Source: Trichinella spiralis (lineage: Eukaryota). From it: 64,000 bases of DNA. The stretch's first letter is position 1. Each line of letters starts with the position of its first letter. The DNA is taken from positions 9,780,849 through 9,844,848 of the forward strand of contig NW_003526943.1 in NCBI RefSeq assembly GCF_000181795.1, written 5' to 3'. The notes beneath the pieces were generated by a model, which was not told the DNA's origin, did not search any database, and saw only the letters and a program-made list of their open reading frames with translations. Position numbers and translations under genes: made by a program. Of this stretch, positions 1-12,830 are shown piece by piece.

Positions 1-1462
1 GTACTTGGCTAAATAGTGATATGGTGAAACCAGCTTTACAAAAGTGTTTATCTTCTACAAAATTTCGTGTTACAAAAATAATTAACAGGTACAGTTTTTG
101 TGTGGCATTTGAATTTTGCCATTATTTAATTTAAATAAATTTACTGAACCTAATAATTATTATTTGAATTAGAATTTTATCCTTTTCAATAACAGTCACT
201 ATAAAATTTTATGTTGATGTTTTATGATAAGCACTAAAAAAGGTTAAACTGTTGCATTAGCGTGGCAGATCATTTCAAAATTGAAATTAACCACTTCGTA
301 TACTGATTTTAATGCCTGAAATGCAGTTTATAAAAATGCATGGATTATATTTACAATTTTTGCATAATGTCTTTTCTCTTGACAGAAAAAAAATATAATT
401 TAAAGTTAGGTTCGGTTAAGTTTAAGCTGAATCTACAAAAACATTTATATATGTCAGCGATTTTGCGACAATTATTAGTTCCATATTAGTGCAAATGCTG
501 CTGCTCATTTTGTAAAATCGTCTCATATTACTAATCTGCAATCATTTCCATCTTAGTTTTGTTCAGTTTCGTACAGTGGCTAAAGAAGACCGTACTAACG
601 TTTTTTTCCGTGGAAAAGATTGATGAAATTATCTGCAGCGACGTCCTTGATGCTTCAGCTGGGATTTTGTTGCTTCACAAGTTTGGCAATATGCCCACTA
701 CATTTTCTCATCTTCTCACAGATGAGGCGAGTAAAACCGTCGATGAACCCTTTCAATTGGAAGCTTTTCACTATATTAGCCAAACAACAGATTCCATGCA
801 CTGCTTGCAGCTAATTTTCGCGTACATATCTCAGGAAGAACGATTTATATAGTTCCACCAATGTATTTTTATAGGGATGTCGTTTTTCAGGACAGTTTTT
901 GCTGACCTTTTTTATTAATTTTTCTGATTATGACGTTTGACGGCATTTTATCGGTTGATTCGTTGAAAATGTTCTTCGTACGGATCACATGCAAATGCTG
1001 TCTTTTATTTCTTATTGTTCTCTTTGTTTGGGGAATTCATTCGTTAATAATTCCTAATTGTGAATGGCTTCAACATTTGATTTTGGAATATTTGAGATAA
1101 GTTTGAAAAAAAATAGGATTTTATTTATAATTTCTACAACTTCAAATTTCTGCAACTTTTTAAATGCTCTAAAAATTTCGTAGATGCCAACAAAAAAGCA
1201 TTCATTTCTGATCCTACCATACGTAAACCACTTGAAACCAATAAAAATGTCGAACCAGTGTAAAGAAAATGGACCCGATATCGAACAAACCCAGAAACAA
1301 CTTTTGAACTGAAAACAAAGATGACGACTATAAATGAAGATTTTCCATTATTAATTCATTACAAACGAATGGCAGGTAAAAAACATATTCCACAAAGCTA
1401 ACAAAACTAGTAGAATAAAAAATTCTTTAGAAAATTATAATATAAAGGGGAAAAAAACAAAT

Positions 1463-2610
1463 TCAACTTTCAGTACAATTGTTCAATATAGCCTGTTTGA
1501 CTGACTTTGCACAATCGCCTGACTTTGGCACTATGTAACGTTCAACAATGTATGGACCATTTTGGGAGGCATCGTTTTCACAGAAAAACGTGAAAGTTAA
1601 CAATTCCGGAAACATCCGGCCGCTAGTAATTTTATGTATCGAATCCAACGGATGCTTGGCCATGATATAAGCTTCGCCTTTTTTGCACACAGAGACGCGC
1701 AAAACAAGCAAAGCATCTTCTTTCACAACCAAATATCTGAAAAAGAAACGAACAATTTCAAACATTTTCACCATGTTTAAAATTTTTTTTTTCAAATGAC
1801 ACACGTTTCAAAATGCTTTCCATCTTTCTCCACCTGCTGACATTCAAAGTAATTCAGCACGTCAGAATTGTTCAAAACTTCTTCCAGTACAACAATCTCT
1901 TTCTCGGATACACGTTCCCCAAACTCATCGTCACTTTCCTCTTCTAAAATACACAACAGACAACAATTTGACAAAAAAAATAATTCTAAACAAATAAAAA
2001 CCTGAGGAATCGCCTTCAACGATGCTAAAAACCGATGTTTTCCCACGATAAGGTTGCCCGTAACGGTCTGAAGCTTTCACGTGCCTTTAAATTTAAGCAA
2101 AACTACATTTATTATCATACATATTTAAAATTTTTTCTTCATATAAAAACTACTTTTCTACTTTCAATTGCCAACATATAAAAACGTATGTTCACAAAAT
2201 AACACTGTATATTCATTTAAAACTTGATATATAAAATATGCTTATTTAAAACGGTCAAACCTTTCGAAATTAGAGTAGTACGAATTAGTAAAATTAAAAA
2301 AAAATATTTCATAACATAATCTATATAAGTTATAAATTTTCACTGCAAAAAGTAAAAAGTACCAATAACAAATAACATACGCATTTCGCTTTTCATTTTC
2401 GTTTGCAGATTTTTTCAAAGCATTTTTCAAACGTTTCAACACGGACGCAGACTGGAATAAAATACAAAATAAACTGTACAATTGACAAAGACAAAAAACT
2501 GATCATGCTTTTTTCATCTTGTTTATCACGTAAGATGAAGCGGCATTTTCAAAATTATCCAGCTTCGAAACAACGCTCATTTCTTCAATATATGCAGACG
2601 GTATTGAAGA

Positions 2611-2642
<32 letters not shown>

Positions 2643-5600
2643 CAGCAGAATTGTTCTTCTTGCAAATAAAACACTGCTTACTATCATGTGACTCTAAGTA
2701 TGAAACCAGATGATCTTTTAAAAGATGATGTAATACTAAAAAAAAATAATGAATAAATAATTTAACGATATACAAGTATTGAAAAAGTTGAAAATATTAA
2801 GAAAATAAAACCTAAAGTAAACCAATGAACACCAGCAAACAGTAATAATTAATATAACAGTCGTTCAATTTAAAATGACTTCATTTTAAAAACTACACCA
2901 AAAACATTTCTATTCATGTTCATAAATGAATAAACAAGAAAAAAAAACAAAATAAACTATGAAAATCATGGCTGAATAAAATTTGCATACCTTGATAACC
3001 ACCGGAAGCCATGCAAATGTATCGCTTTCCACGTTTTAAAAAATAAGAAATACACATGTAACATATACTATCATCCTCTTCGAGTCCGCTGCTAAAGAAA
3101 CACCAATGTGCATCAGGAAATACTGATTCAATTTTGCGTTCCATATCTGCAGCCAAATCCTCAAACTGTGACGGATCAGTCAACAGCTAAATACAAACAA
3201 CTCGTTCAATAACATTATTATTTATAAATAAATTCAACATTAAACCAAACTGTACAGAAATACAAAGTTACGTTTAACATTATTATCTTTTTACATTATA
3301 ATAGATTTATGAAACAAATTAAATTAATTTAAATTATACCTGAGAAGTATCAAGATGATATGCCCCGCTAATATGTCCACTGGAAAACTGATTTGACGGT
3401 CGTGTATCAATTACTGCCAATTGAATACCTTGATTCTAAAATATGCAAATATTTTAGAAAGCACCCTATTCCACACTATCAAGTGAACTTACAAAGACAG
3501 AACAGAGCAAAAATTTATTCATTTTTATTTATATCAAATTTCACTCAAACTCACATTCAAATCAAAATCAATAATAAATTTGCCAACAAAATAACATTAT
3601 ATACTTGAAATAAATATAAAAAATCGCCCTCTGCCTAATGTTAATATTGTTTTAATTAACTGTCATACTATTTACTGATTATTCAATCAATCTTTGCATC
3701 ATTTTTAAACAATTATGTACACATCATTCATCTCACTCGATATCCCACTACTAACGGCAATAATTCTTGAGCTGAAATAGGAAGGCAAAGGGTAGGCAAA
3801 AATGCAGGCTGTATAACTTCAGTGAAATTGCTTCCAAACAAAGGACCATGAAAATCCTAGAACAGAAAAGTTTTTAATATTAAAAAAATGTTTTTCACAC
3901 TTTAAATTCACCCTCCTAAAAGACTGTGGTGTGCGATTACAATAATACTGCATAATTTGATAAAAGTCTTCAATATCATCAACTTGCAACTGATATGGAA
4001 GCGCAGCAATAGATTCTAAACATTTTAATAAGAAATGCTTCTCAACTGTTACATATAAATCATAAAAACAAACTTACCCGCAATGTAAGATTTAGATTTC
4101 CCTTTCATTAAAAGTATCTGATTTCTACAACGGAATTTCATATGATTAAAAGTATACAATTACATTAAACAGTTATAAAAATTACTTAGAATTGATTAAA
4201 ATAATTAAAGCCATAAAAAACACTTGAAATGGATCAGCTTGCTGTAAATATACATCCAATATTTTCAACGCAACGTTCAATTTACAAGAAGATGTAAAAA
4301 GAGAATTGAACTTAAACAAAAATTTTCATAGATAAAAACAAAATACAAAAGTAAAAAAGATAAATATATTAAACCCATTTCTTGCTATAATCTTCTGGTG
4401 AAATTTTTACCGAGTCCAAAAATGCACTGAGCTCTGGTTCATGATAAAGCAATAACAAACGAAAAAGATCAAAAACTTTACCATTAGTTGAACAATCCCT
4501 AAAACTTTCAAAATTTTTAAACCAGCAATTCAATCACATTAAATAAATTATACTTTGGAATATATTTAGTTGTAACTGTAAAAAATACACGATACAATTC
4601 AGATTTAGATAAACGCAAAGTCGTCAACAGCTGCAAAATGTCTGTCCACCCATTGTCGTTGGTAAAACAAACATTTTGATTTTTGCAATACAACGTAATT
4701 ACGCTTTCCAGATTGCTGACAAGAGCAAGTCTGTCACTTTCTGAATTTCCAAACATTTCTATAACAAAATAAATCTCAAATAAAAAAATCCCCAGAAAAC
4801 ATTCATACCTGAAATCTTTATACATGCTGAACGAATTTCATGCTGTTCAAGTAAATTGAACAGTTCTTCATGACCAATAAATGGATCTGGTTTATGCGAA
4901 ACTCCTAATAAAATCTTAAACAAGAATTAAGTTTATGTTTACAGCAATCCACTCTGGTGATGCGTTTAATACAAATAATTAATGACACCACATGAACATA
5001 TACATTATTAAAGAAATTACATAAAATACACTAATTTACAAATATAGTGTCAAAAATCTAATTATCTTAGTACAAGATAAGGACCTGTTTTCCGTAATTT
5101 ACATAAAAGACAAATAATGCATTCCATTCATTTTATTATTTCTTCAAAACAATAGAGCATATTTTAAACTAACAAACAAAACCGATGATGACAGCAAAAC
5201 AGTCAAAATTAATGGCTGTAATAAAACTTCGTATGATTGTAAAAGAATAACGCATAAATTAAACAGATTTAGATAACTATGACAAATGAATATTATCTGT
5301 CAATTTTAATCTTCTACAAGTACGTTTTAACCATGTGTAATGTGTAAGATCACACTGGCACTGAAACTTTCCCATTATGTTATTAATAGTTACCATAATA
5401 TAATAAACAACGTAGCATACAATAAAACATGATCAAAAGATTAATTTGTAATTATCTGTGAAACAATAATCACCTGCCATGCAGAGCTTCTTAGCTTATC
5501 AGATAATGGTCTGTTTTCTGCTAATAAACGCACTGTGTTAAAATCACAGTCAGCGGCAACGGCCAACTCCAAATCTTTTACCCTAATATTTCAGAATAAG

Positions 5601-5678
5601 CCTTAAAAAAATACATTTTGCTACGCAAAATTACCATTCAGAATCAGAATCCGAGCACTCTTCACTTTTCACACTCAT
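1463..5678 (-). CDS. TBC1D23: TBC1 domain family member 23 (TBC + rhodanese-like + C-terminal PH-like domain), multi-exon
   Basis: Spliced by eye: ATG at 5678 (MSVKSEECSDSDSEW), then VKDLELAVAADCDFNTVRLLAENRPLSDKLRSSAWQ; TBC segment LLLYHEPELSAFLDSVKISPEDY; rhodanese-like HWCFFSSG...YICMASGGY; C-terminal HPLDSIHKITSGRMFPELLTFTF...YIVPKSGDCAKSVKQAI, stop at 1463. The domain order matches TBC1D23. Confidence 0.88.
2611..2648. repeat. Compound (GCA)n/(GTA)n trinucleotide repeat encoding a poly-Thr/poly-Ala tract in a TBC1D23 exon
   Basis: agcagcagcagcagcagtagtagtagtagtagcagcag; the minus strand reads SAATTTTTAAAAASS. Confidence 0.85.
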
Positions 5679-6217
5679 TTCAATTGAATACAAATTCTGA
5701 AAATAAATTAACACAATTATAAGTTCATATTTATTCATATCAAAATTTATTTCAAAAGTTTAAAAAGTAAAAATAATAATATCCATAACAATGGAAAAAA
5801 ATTAATAAAACATTTTAATATCAATATACAACAACTAACGTATTTATCCAAAAAAGGAATAAAATACAGAGCATACTGTATTAAAAAACAAAATGTGACA
5901 ATCACGTTAGATACTACAGTAAACAGAATGCAGTACCTTGATACAAAATTTACAGTAATAAATTAGACAGCGTATTTAGCTTTTAATTTAGAAATGTTAA
6001 GACATTTAAAATAAAAACATGTATTATACAATTAATTACTTTTTTAAGAGTGTGCTACATCTGTTTTACACCTAGTAATTCAAAATAAGTTGGTTACACA
6101 TGTCTGCATATCAAAGTTTACTGTAACCCTTGTTTTATTTCTAAAACTTAATTTTACCTTTGAAGTTTTTAGTGTGGCTTTTTACTGATTGCGTCTTATC
6201 AACAATTAAAATTAACG

Positions 6218-8710
6218 ATGCCTAAGATTAGGAAGAACAGGAAAGAGTTGGCAAATTTGAAACCACTGAAAACGGAAAGTTCTATTTCATCAAATAGAGC
6301 TGTTATTGGAAAATGTCCTTATCCAGGATGTCCAGGAAAAGGTATGATATCAGAGTGATGTCACTTTAATATATTATTGTAAAGTGTTATGTAATTAATT
6401 CTCATGTATAAATTTTATTATGTTTACAGGACATTTATCGGGCAAATTTGACACTCACTCGTTTATTGAAGCGTGTCCCCTAAAACAAAATTTTACTCCA
6501 GAAACATGTGTGGTGAGAATATTTCGTAAGGTATGTTTTGAAAGCAGTAATGACTAAATGTTTAAGCTGTTCGCAAAATACCGAGATCTGCTGAAAAGTT
6601 CTATCAGTAAAAACGAAGATGTAAGTTGGACAAAGTTATTAAGTTGACTACATTCCGTTGTATGTTAAAATTGTATTTATCGTTTTTTTAATAATTTAAA
6701 TTATTATTAAATTATTATTCATTATTCATATATTCGAATTCAAGAAAATAATATCGGTTTAAATCAGTGGCTCTCATCCATGCATCCTTTTCATCGTTTG
6801 TCATAACGTCATTCCTCCCTTTCCAGACTGTTTGGCTCCAAATAATACCAATATAATATTGAAAATATATTTATTATTATATAGATACATGTAAATTTAC
6901 TTCAGTTATTTTTATAGTGAAGTTTTCCATTTTAATATATAAAAACGTTCGGTAGAATGCTAGGGTACTGTAATTCAGTCCATTCTGAGTTTACAAATCT
7001 GAAGACGGAATTTCCTCTGCAGGGGAATTCTCCCCCCTCCCTCGGTTGAGAGCTCCTGGTTTAAATGGATTTTAATTTTTCATTTTCAAGTATTAGGTGT
7101 CAAATTTGGCTATTTTCAGAAAGAGAATAGAAGAAAAAGTAGAATTGAAGCTGATTTACGTAGTTTAAAACAAATTTTGCGAGACCAAAAGGATGTTTTA
7201 TATTTGGAGTCATTGGCCGATACAGCCGAATTTTTGGAACACGAACCTGATTTCAGGCAACCTTATTCGCATAAGGTTGAAAAAATTCAGCTTTACGATG
7301 TTGAATTTACACTCCCAAAAAATGCTGTGTGCATTTATCCAAACTGTGAAGTGTCTCGCGTTTACGTTTGTGAACGCTGTTTTCAATATTTTTTTGATAA
7401 ATATGCCATGCAAGATCATTGTGTAAGTATTGTTTTTATAACTGTGTGATTAAAATTATTATACGTATTTGTAATTAGAGCAGTGAGAAAACTTTCAAAT
7501 AGTGATATCTTTGATAAGATTTGTTTCACACAAATAAATTGAAAATAGAAGTGATCTTCACGTATAAAATCATACGAAATATGATTATGGCGGAGCTTTG
7601 TGTATTTTCTTTTATTTCTATATTTGTTTCATTGTTTTTTATACTTTTTTGTTTAGCTTAATGTGTTTCCGTACGAGTGTCCACCGGGAAAGTTAATATA
7701 CAAGGATGATTCTTTGTTGGTATACGAAGTCGACGGTCTTAAGGAGAATGTAAGTTATATTAATTTTTTGCATTCTTTTTTGTAATAATAGCTTTGATTT
7801 TTAGGTTTATAGTATGAATTTAACAATGTTTGCGAAAATGTTTATCCCTGATAAGCAGCATCGAAGTGATGTTGGCATTTTTAAGTTTTACATATTGATT
7901 AAAAATGATGCCATTGGATGGCACACTGTTGGGTATTTTTCAAAAGTATGTTTTTTTAAATATTTTACATTAATTTCTTCAAATGAAATATCTATTCAGG
8001 CAAAAGATTTTGATTCAAAATACAGTTTGTCATGCATCATGGTAATGCCCACCTATGGGAAGCAGGGCTATGGGGGATTTTTGATAGATTTAAGTATGCA
8101 TTATTTGTTCGCTGAAAAAATATTTTCTTATATACTGAAATATTTGAATTAGGTTATATTTTGTGTAAAAAGGAAAATAAAATTGGAACTCCAGAAAGAC
8201 CATTTTCCATTGATGGATTGATGGCTTATCGGCGTTATTGGTTACGAATCATTGTTGATTATATGCTTCAGAAGGGAACTAAAAGACAATTTGATATCGT
8301 TGGTAAATCTGGATTCTTGTTTGTTTTTTAATTAATTTTTTTTCGAATTTCAGAACTTTCGAAATCTACAGCAGTTCGAGAAATTGATATAGTGGCTACG
8401 CTGTTTGCTTATGATATGGTTTTGAAAGAGTTTGACGAGTACTGGGTAGTTATGTCTGAGGTATGCAATGACTAATTTGATTTGTTCATATATGTATAAT
8501 ATTATTTCTAATGTAATGCATTTAAATGCTTTTTCTTTTGAATTTTTTTCAAAATAATGTAATAATGAATAACCTTTTTTTTTTGAAAACATGAATTCCC
8601 AATCCGCAAGCATTAATATTAATTCATAATTGTAGACTTTTCGCAAAGCTTATAGCAAGCTGTATTTTGGTGAAAGACCATGCCGAGTGAACAATGCTTG
8701 TTTTGTTTGA
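6218..8710 (+). CDS. MYST-family histone acetyltransferase, KAT7/HBO1/Chameau-like, divergent, multi-exon
   Basis: N-terminal C2HC finger KCPYPGCPGKGHLSGKFDTHSFIEACP (KAT7-type); MYST motifs VYVCERC, PPGKLIYKDD..VYEVDG, VGYFSK, YSLSCIMVMPTYGKQGYGGFLID, GTPERPFSIDGLMAYRRYW; the first exons join in frame at GT-AG sites; likely stop at 8708-8710. Confidence 0.85.
6765..7058. mobile_element. Non-autonomous hAT-type DNA transposon (MITE), 294 bp, in a MYST gene intron
   Basis: Imperfect TIRs CAGTGGCTCTCATCC (6765) and GGTTGAGAGCTCCTG (ending 7058), flanked by a perfect 8-bp duplication GTTTAAAT (6757-6764 and 7059-7066). An 8-bp TSD with CAG..CTG ends is typical of hAT elements. Confidence 0.8.
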
Positions 8711-9263
8711 CCGTTTATTGATTATTTTTTATTTTATTCTTCTTCTTGTTTTTGTTATTGTTATTATATTTTTATTTCTTGTCAGTTTGATATAGTTATT
8801 AGAAGTTTTCAGGTGAAATTTTTTTTACAATATCACTGATGTTATTTGTGAATGCAATGTTATATTTTTCTTTAAAACATGCAAATAGGAATTTGCAATG
8901 TTTTAGTTTATTATTTGAAGTGTTTGTCTTGTTATTGAAATTGTTAAGTTTGAATAAAAGGAATGAAAATAGAACAAATGATATGTAATTTTTGGTTCCG
9001 TTTTTTTTACATTTTTTAAAATTAATTCATTAAACATTTAGTTTGTAAGATTCCGTTTCGCTAAAATTTTAAACATATGACAATATTTTAAAATGTGCAA
9101 AGTGTATGTATGCTTTGAAATTTAATCTTCCTATAAATATTATTTCCGATTGTTTAAAGTAGAACTTTTGTTTTAAATTAATTTTTACTGATAGTTCCAT
9201 TCAATTTAATTTTCAATTTGCCACGCCCCATTTTTCACTTTTGCAGCAGTTAATTGAAAAAGC

Positions 9264-10169
9264 ATGTCGTCTGATAGCAGTGATTGCGAAATTGACGATG
9301 TTCTTGACGGTTGGATAGTAGAAAAATTTTTGGGAAGAGGTGCGTTTGGATGTGTTTATCAAGTTGTACACGAAAAAACTAAGCAGAAGGAAGCGATGAA
9401 GATTGAAAAACGACTATTTGGCTATGATAAGCTGTTTTTTGAAATTGAAGTGATGAAAAAACTAGAAACATTTGGCGCGAAACGTTGTTGCAAATGCATT
9501 GCATATGGGGAAAATAGACACTTTAGATATGTTGTGATGACACTGATGGGAATGTCAGTTTCTGAAGTATTGAAGTCTTGTGAAAATTCACTTAGCATAT
9601 ATGAAGCGATGTATATCGGTATGGAATCGTTGTATGCTATAGAAGAATTGCATAACGTTGGTTTCTTGCATCAAGATATTAAACCACAAAATTTTGTCTT
9701 TGGTCTGCATTCAAATTCACACATTCTGCATATTATTGATTTTGGAAGTGCAGCGTCATTTCTACTTGAAGATGGAAGTCATCGACCTAAAGATGATAAA
9801 AAAGGCTTCACTGGTAGTTACCTTTACGCTTCAGCATATGCAATGAGTCATTCAACTCTTTCTCGTAATGATGACATCTGGTCATGGTTTTTTATGCTAA
9901 TAAAGCTTACTGTTGGCAAGCTACCCTGGACGAAACTTCGAGGAAATTCCTATACACACACATTGCTTTTGAATCAGCAAACAAAGTATCATTATATGGC
10001 CAATCCCGTTGAATTTCTTACTGATTGTCCTATATGTTATTTCAAAATAATGGAAACTGTTGCAGGAGAAAGTTTTTTTGCTGTTCCTGAATATAATGCA
10101 ATTCAGTCCATTTTAAAAGAAGCAATGAATGCTTGGACTGGAGAAAAGTTATTAAGATGGTTAACCTAA
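9264..10169 (+). CDS. Casein kinase 1/TTBK-family Ser/Thr kinase, intronless, 301 aa
   Basis: GRGAFG loop, AMKIE, HQDIKPQN, IIDFG, SRNDDIWS, LPW; polypyrimidine-AG (ttttgcag) just upstream of the ATG. Confidence 0.9.
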   Translation: MSSDSSDCEIDDVLDGWIVEKFLGRGAFGCVYQVVHEKTKQKEAMKIEKRLFGYDKLFFEIEVMKKLETFGAKRCCKCIAYGENRHFRYVVMTLMGMSVSEVLKSCENSLSIYEAMYIGMESLYAIEELHNVGFLHQDIKPQNFVFGLHSNSHILHIIDFGSAASFLLEDGSHRPKDDKKGFTGSYLYASAYAMSHSTLSRNDDIWSWFFMLIKLTVGKLPWTKLRGNSYTHTLLLNQQTKYHYMANPVEFLTDCPICYFKIMETVAGESFFAVPEYNAIQSILKEAMNAWTGEKLLRWLT

Positions 10170-11348
10170 CATTTAGAACTGTAATAGTTTGTAATAATTA
10201 ATAATAATATATTGAAATTCTCAATTTTTAAAGAAAACCAAACAAAAATAATTTCAAGTCCATGTATATAGTATTACTTGTTAATTTTTATCTAAACCAA
10301 AATGATACTTTTACAAAATTTCATTAAATATTTCATAATGGCTGCAATATTAAAAGGCTTCGTTGGTCAAAGTGTTTCCATTACAATTTTCCAAACATTA
10401 AGTGTATTTTTGATATGAAATTTTTATTAAAGTAATTTAATCTGATTTTACGAAGTTTTTGTCACTAATAAGAATATTTACTCTAATTATACTCTAATTT
10501 GATTTTGAGCAGCAGCTTATGTTGCAGGCTATAGTATTTTAAAATGTTAATAAATAGTTTTAATTTGACATTATCTGAGTTGATAACAAAAGTACAGGCT
10601 GATTGTGATAAACGAAGTCATGCATTTACTGGGTATTATTCTGACCCAATTTTAATGTATATACTGAGAAAACAAGCATGTAAACGCTAAAAATTTATCC
10701 AGTAAACTGATATACAAACAAGGAAAAGTAAACACTCTTTAAACTGAACCAAGACGTAATGATTTTTCGATTTAAGGTAGGGTCATTGTATTAATTATTA
10801 TATATTAAAAATTCACATGCAAGCACATTACAAGAAATGGTGAAATTCACAAAGATGCACCTTTTACTGTAGAAAACAGAAAACCAGCAACATTAAAAGT
10901 TGCGTTGATAATATGGAAAATGTATCTTTTTGTTACATTTTAATACTGATATCAAAAAAAATATTATGAAAATTGATTTATACATTTATACAAAGAACTG
11001 TTTCAACAGATAAAACTGTTTCTATAAAATTTGCAACATATTTTCTTCTTGCAACAGCGCTTTTCATCAGTTTGTTTGTTGAAGTTTTATTTTTATACCC
11101 GTCAATAGTATTACTGTTTCTTTTTCTTATAATGTCATTTTTCTTCTTCAGTTATAACATTTTTATTTATGAAGAATGGATTAAAAAAAACAGTTGGCAG
11201 TTATCGGATTTAAAGTAAAATTTTTTTATGGAAAGCAAAAACCATTTTCCCCATTGCTAGATAAAAAAGAATATTCAGCTGCTAACATTGGCCATTCCCA
11301 ACGGAGCTTTAACGACAACTTTGGGCAAATTGACAGTTGTCTATTCAG

Positions 11349-11368
11349 ATCTCTCTCTCTCTCTCTCT
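11349..11368. repeat. (CT)n microsatellite
   Basis: atctctctctctctctctct. Confidence 0.9.
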
Positions 11369-12549
11369 ATTAAAGTCACCATTAGCTTAACAATTGCTCA
11401 TAATAAAGTAATGCAACCGTTAGCTTGTCACCCTTTTGAACTATTATTCAATGACAAAACAGTTTAAAACATTTAGATCAAAACCAACGCGTGCGGTTTA
11501 TCAGCTTTATTGCTTTTTGCCAGATACAAGTTTCTTTAAGTTTCATCAAAATTTATGTACATACAGTATATACAGTACAATTCCATCGCCGAAATTACTG
11601 ATCAAAACTGAATAACTAATAAAATAGCAGAAGCCAATCGCCAATTACCGATCAAACTCTGTACAGCCTATCAGCGATCAGCCAATCACAAAAATGAGGT
11701 CGAATTTTAGCTGGCAGAATCGGAGTAAACCGTTCTCAGACTGCTCGATATTTTATCAGTTGATGATGATGCATTACTATTATACTGATTAATTGTCAAT
11801 GTTGATAACAAAGGCTGATTTACTATTTTGTTGCATTACGGCTAATTTTTCACATTACATTCTATATGACTTCATTGTAATACAATAACGTATACAATAA
11901 TAAAAAAATTATTTCTAACAATGCATATTAAAGAAATTAAAAATGTAAAACAAATCAAATATAAAAAGTGGATTATGTTGATAATTGCTCTAATAAATGC
12001 TAAAACTTTATAAAATAGTAATATTAATAAAAATTCCAATTATTTATACATACACTTTATGTTCTGAAAATTACAATGGAAATATTTTGACCAATAAAAC
12101 GTAAAATATTGCAGCCATTTACAATTAACAGTTAGTAGCTAATGAAATATTAGAAATTATGAGCTATTCGAATTTCGTTTAGACGCCAATGAAGAGCAAT
12201 TGCAAAAAATCGAATCATACTAAAAAAACTTTTTACAAATGAATAAATAAAGCCAGTAAAATCCTAACCAATAAAAGAACGCTGTGATTGAAGGGAATTG
12301 TCCACTCATTGCAGTAAGTCCTCAAATATTCATAACAAACTATTGGAAATAGACTAAGCAGTGACTGCAATGTTTTAAATGAGAAAACAGGACAATATTC
12401 AGTTGCATATTAAATTCTGCAGTTCAACAATTATTTATTTATATGAAAGGAAATAGTAGCAATTATGAAAATGAGTGGTCGAAAAAGATTTATTATGTGA
12501 TTATCAAAAGTTATAATTGAGTAATAGAAAACTGTATTTGATATTGGCT

Positions 12550-12830
12550 GAAAATGTGGCTAAGTGATCCAGAGGAAGATGTCAGGGTGCTTTGTACGCG
12601 TAGCAACATTCGACTGCGGAAAACCAGCACAGTTTGGTGCACAAGTAATTCATTGCTATCAACAACTTTGGTCAGCAAGTTCATTGCCGATGAGCTGGTA
12701 CTATCAGTCTATTGCTTGTGTACGAGCAAAGATATTAGATAAAGACACATAGAGTTGTAATTTTTATGTTTTAATTAACAAAGCGGAAGTTCTCCATTCT
12801 CTGATTTCTGAGCAAAGTGTAATGGAGACG
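12550..12830 (+). mobile_element. Decayed MULE/Mutator-like transposase fragment
   Basis: Frameshifted pieces VLCTRSNIRL..STVWC, YQQL and ELVLSVYCLCTSKDI resemble the MULE domain pattern as I recall it (W..DGTF...YQQLFTIH...P.VYCL...KD); the catalytic DGTF segment is missing. Confidence 0.55.

Noticed and set aside
559..852. Plus-strand 97-aa ORF
   Set aside because: No recognisable motif and a non-ATG start; more likely the antisense shadow of a decayed minus-strand frame
11276..11340. Possible hairpin or miRNA precursor (cagctg...cagttg)
   Set aside because: Pairing is too imperfect and I recognise no known mature miRNA
11560..11790. Possible MITE starting TACAGTAC, with internal aattac.gatcaaa repeats
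   Set aside because: No convincing matching right TIR or target duplication
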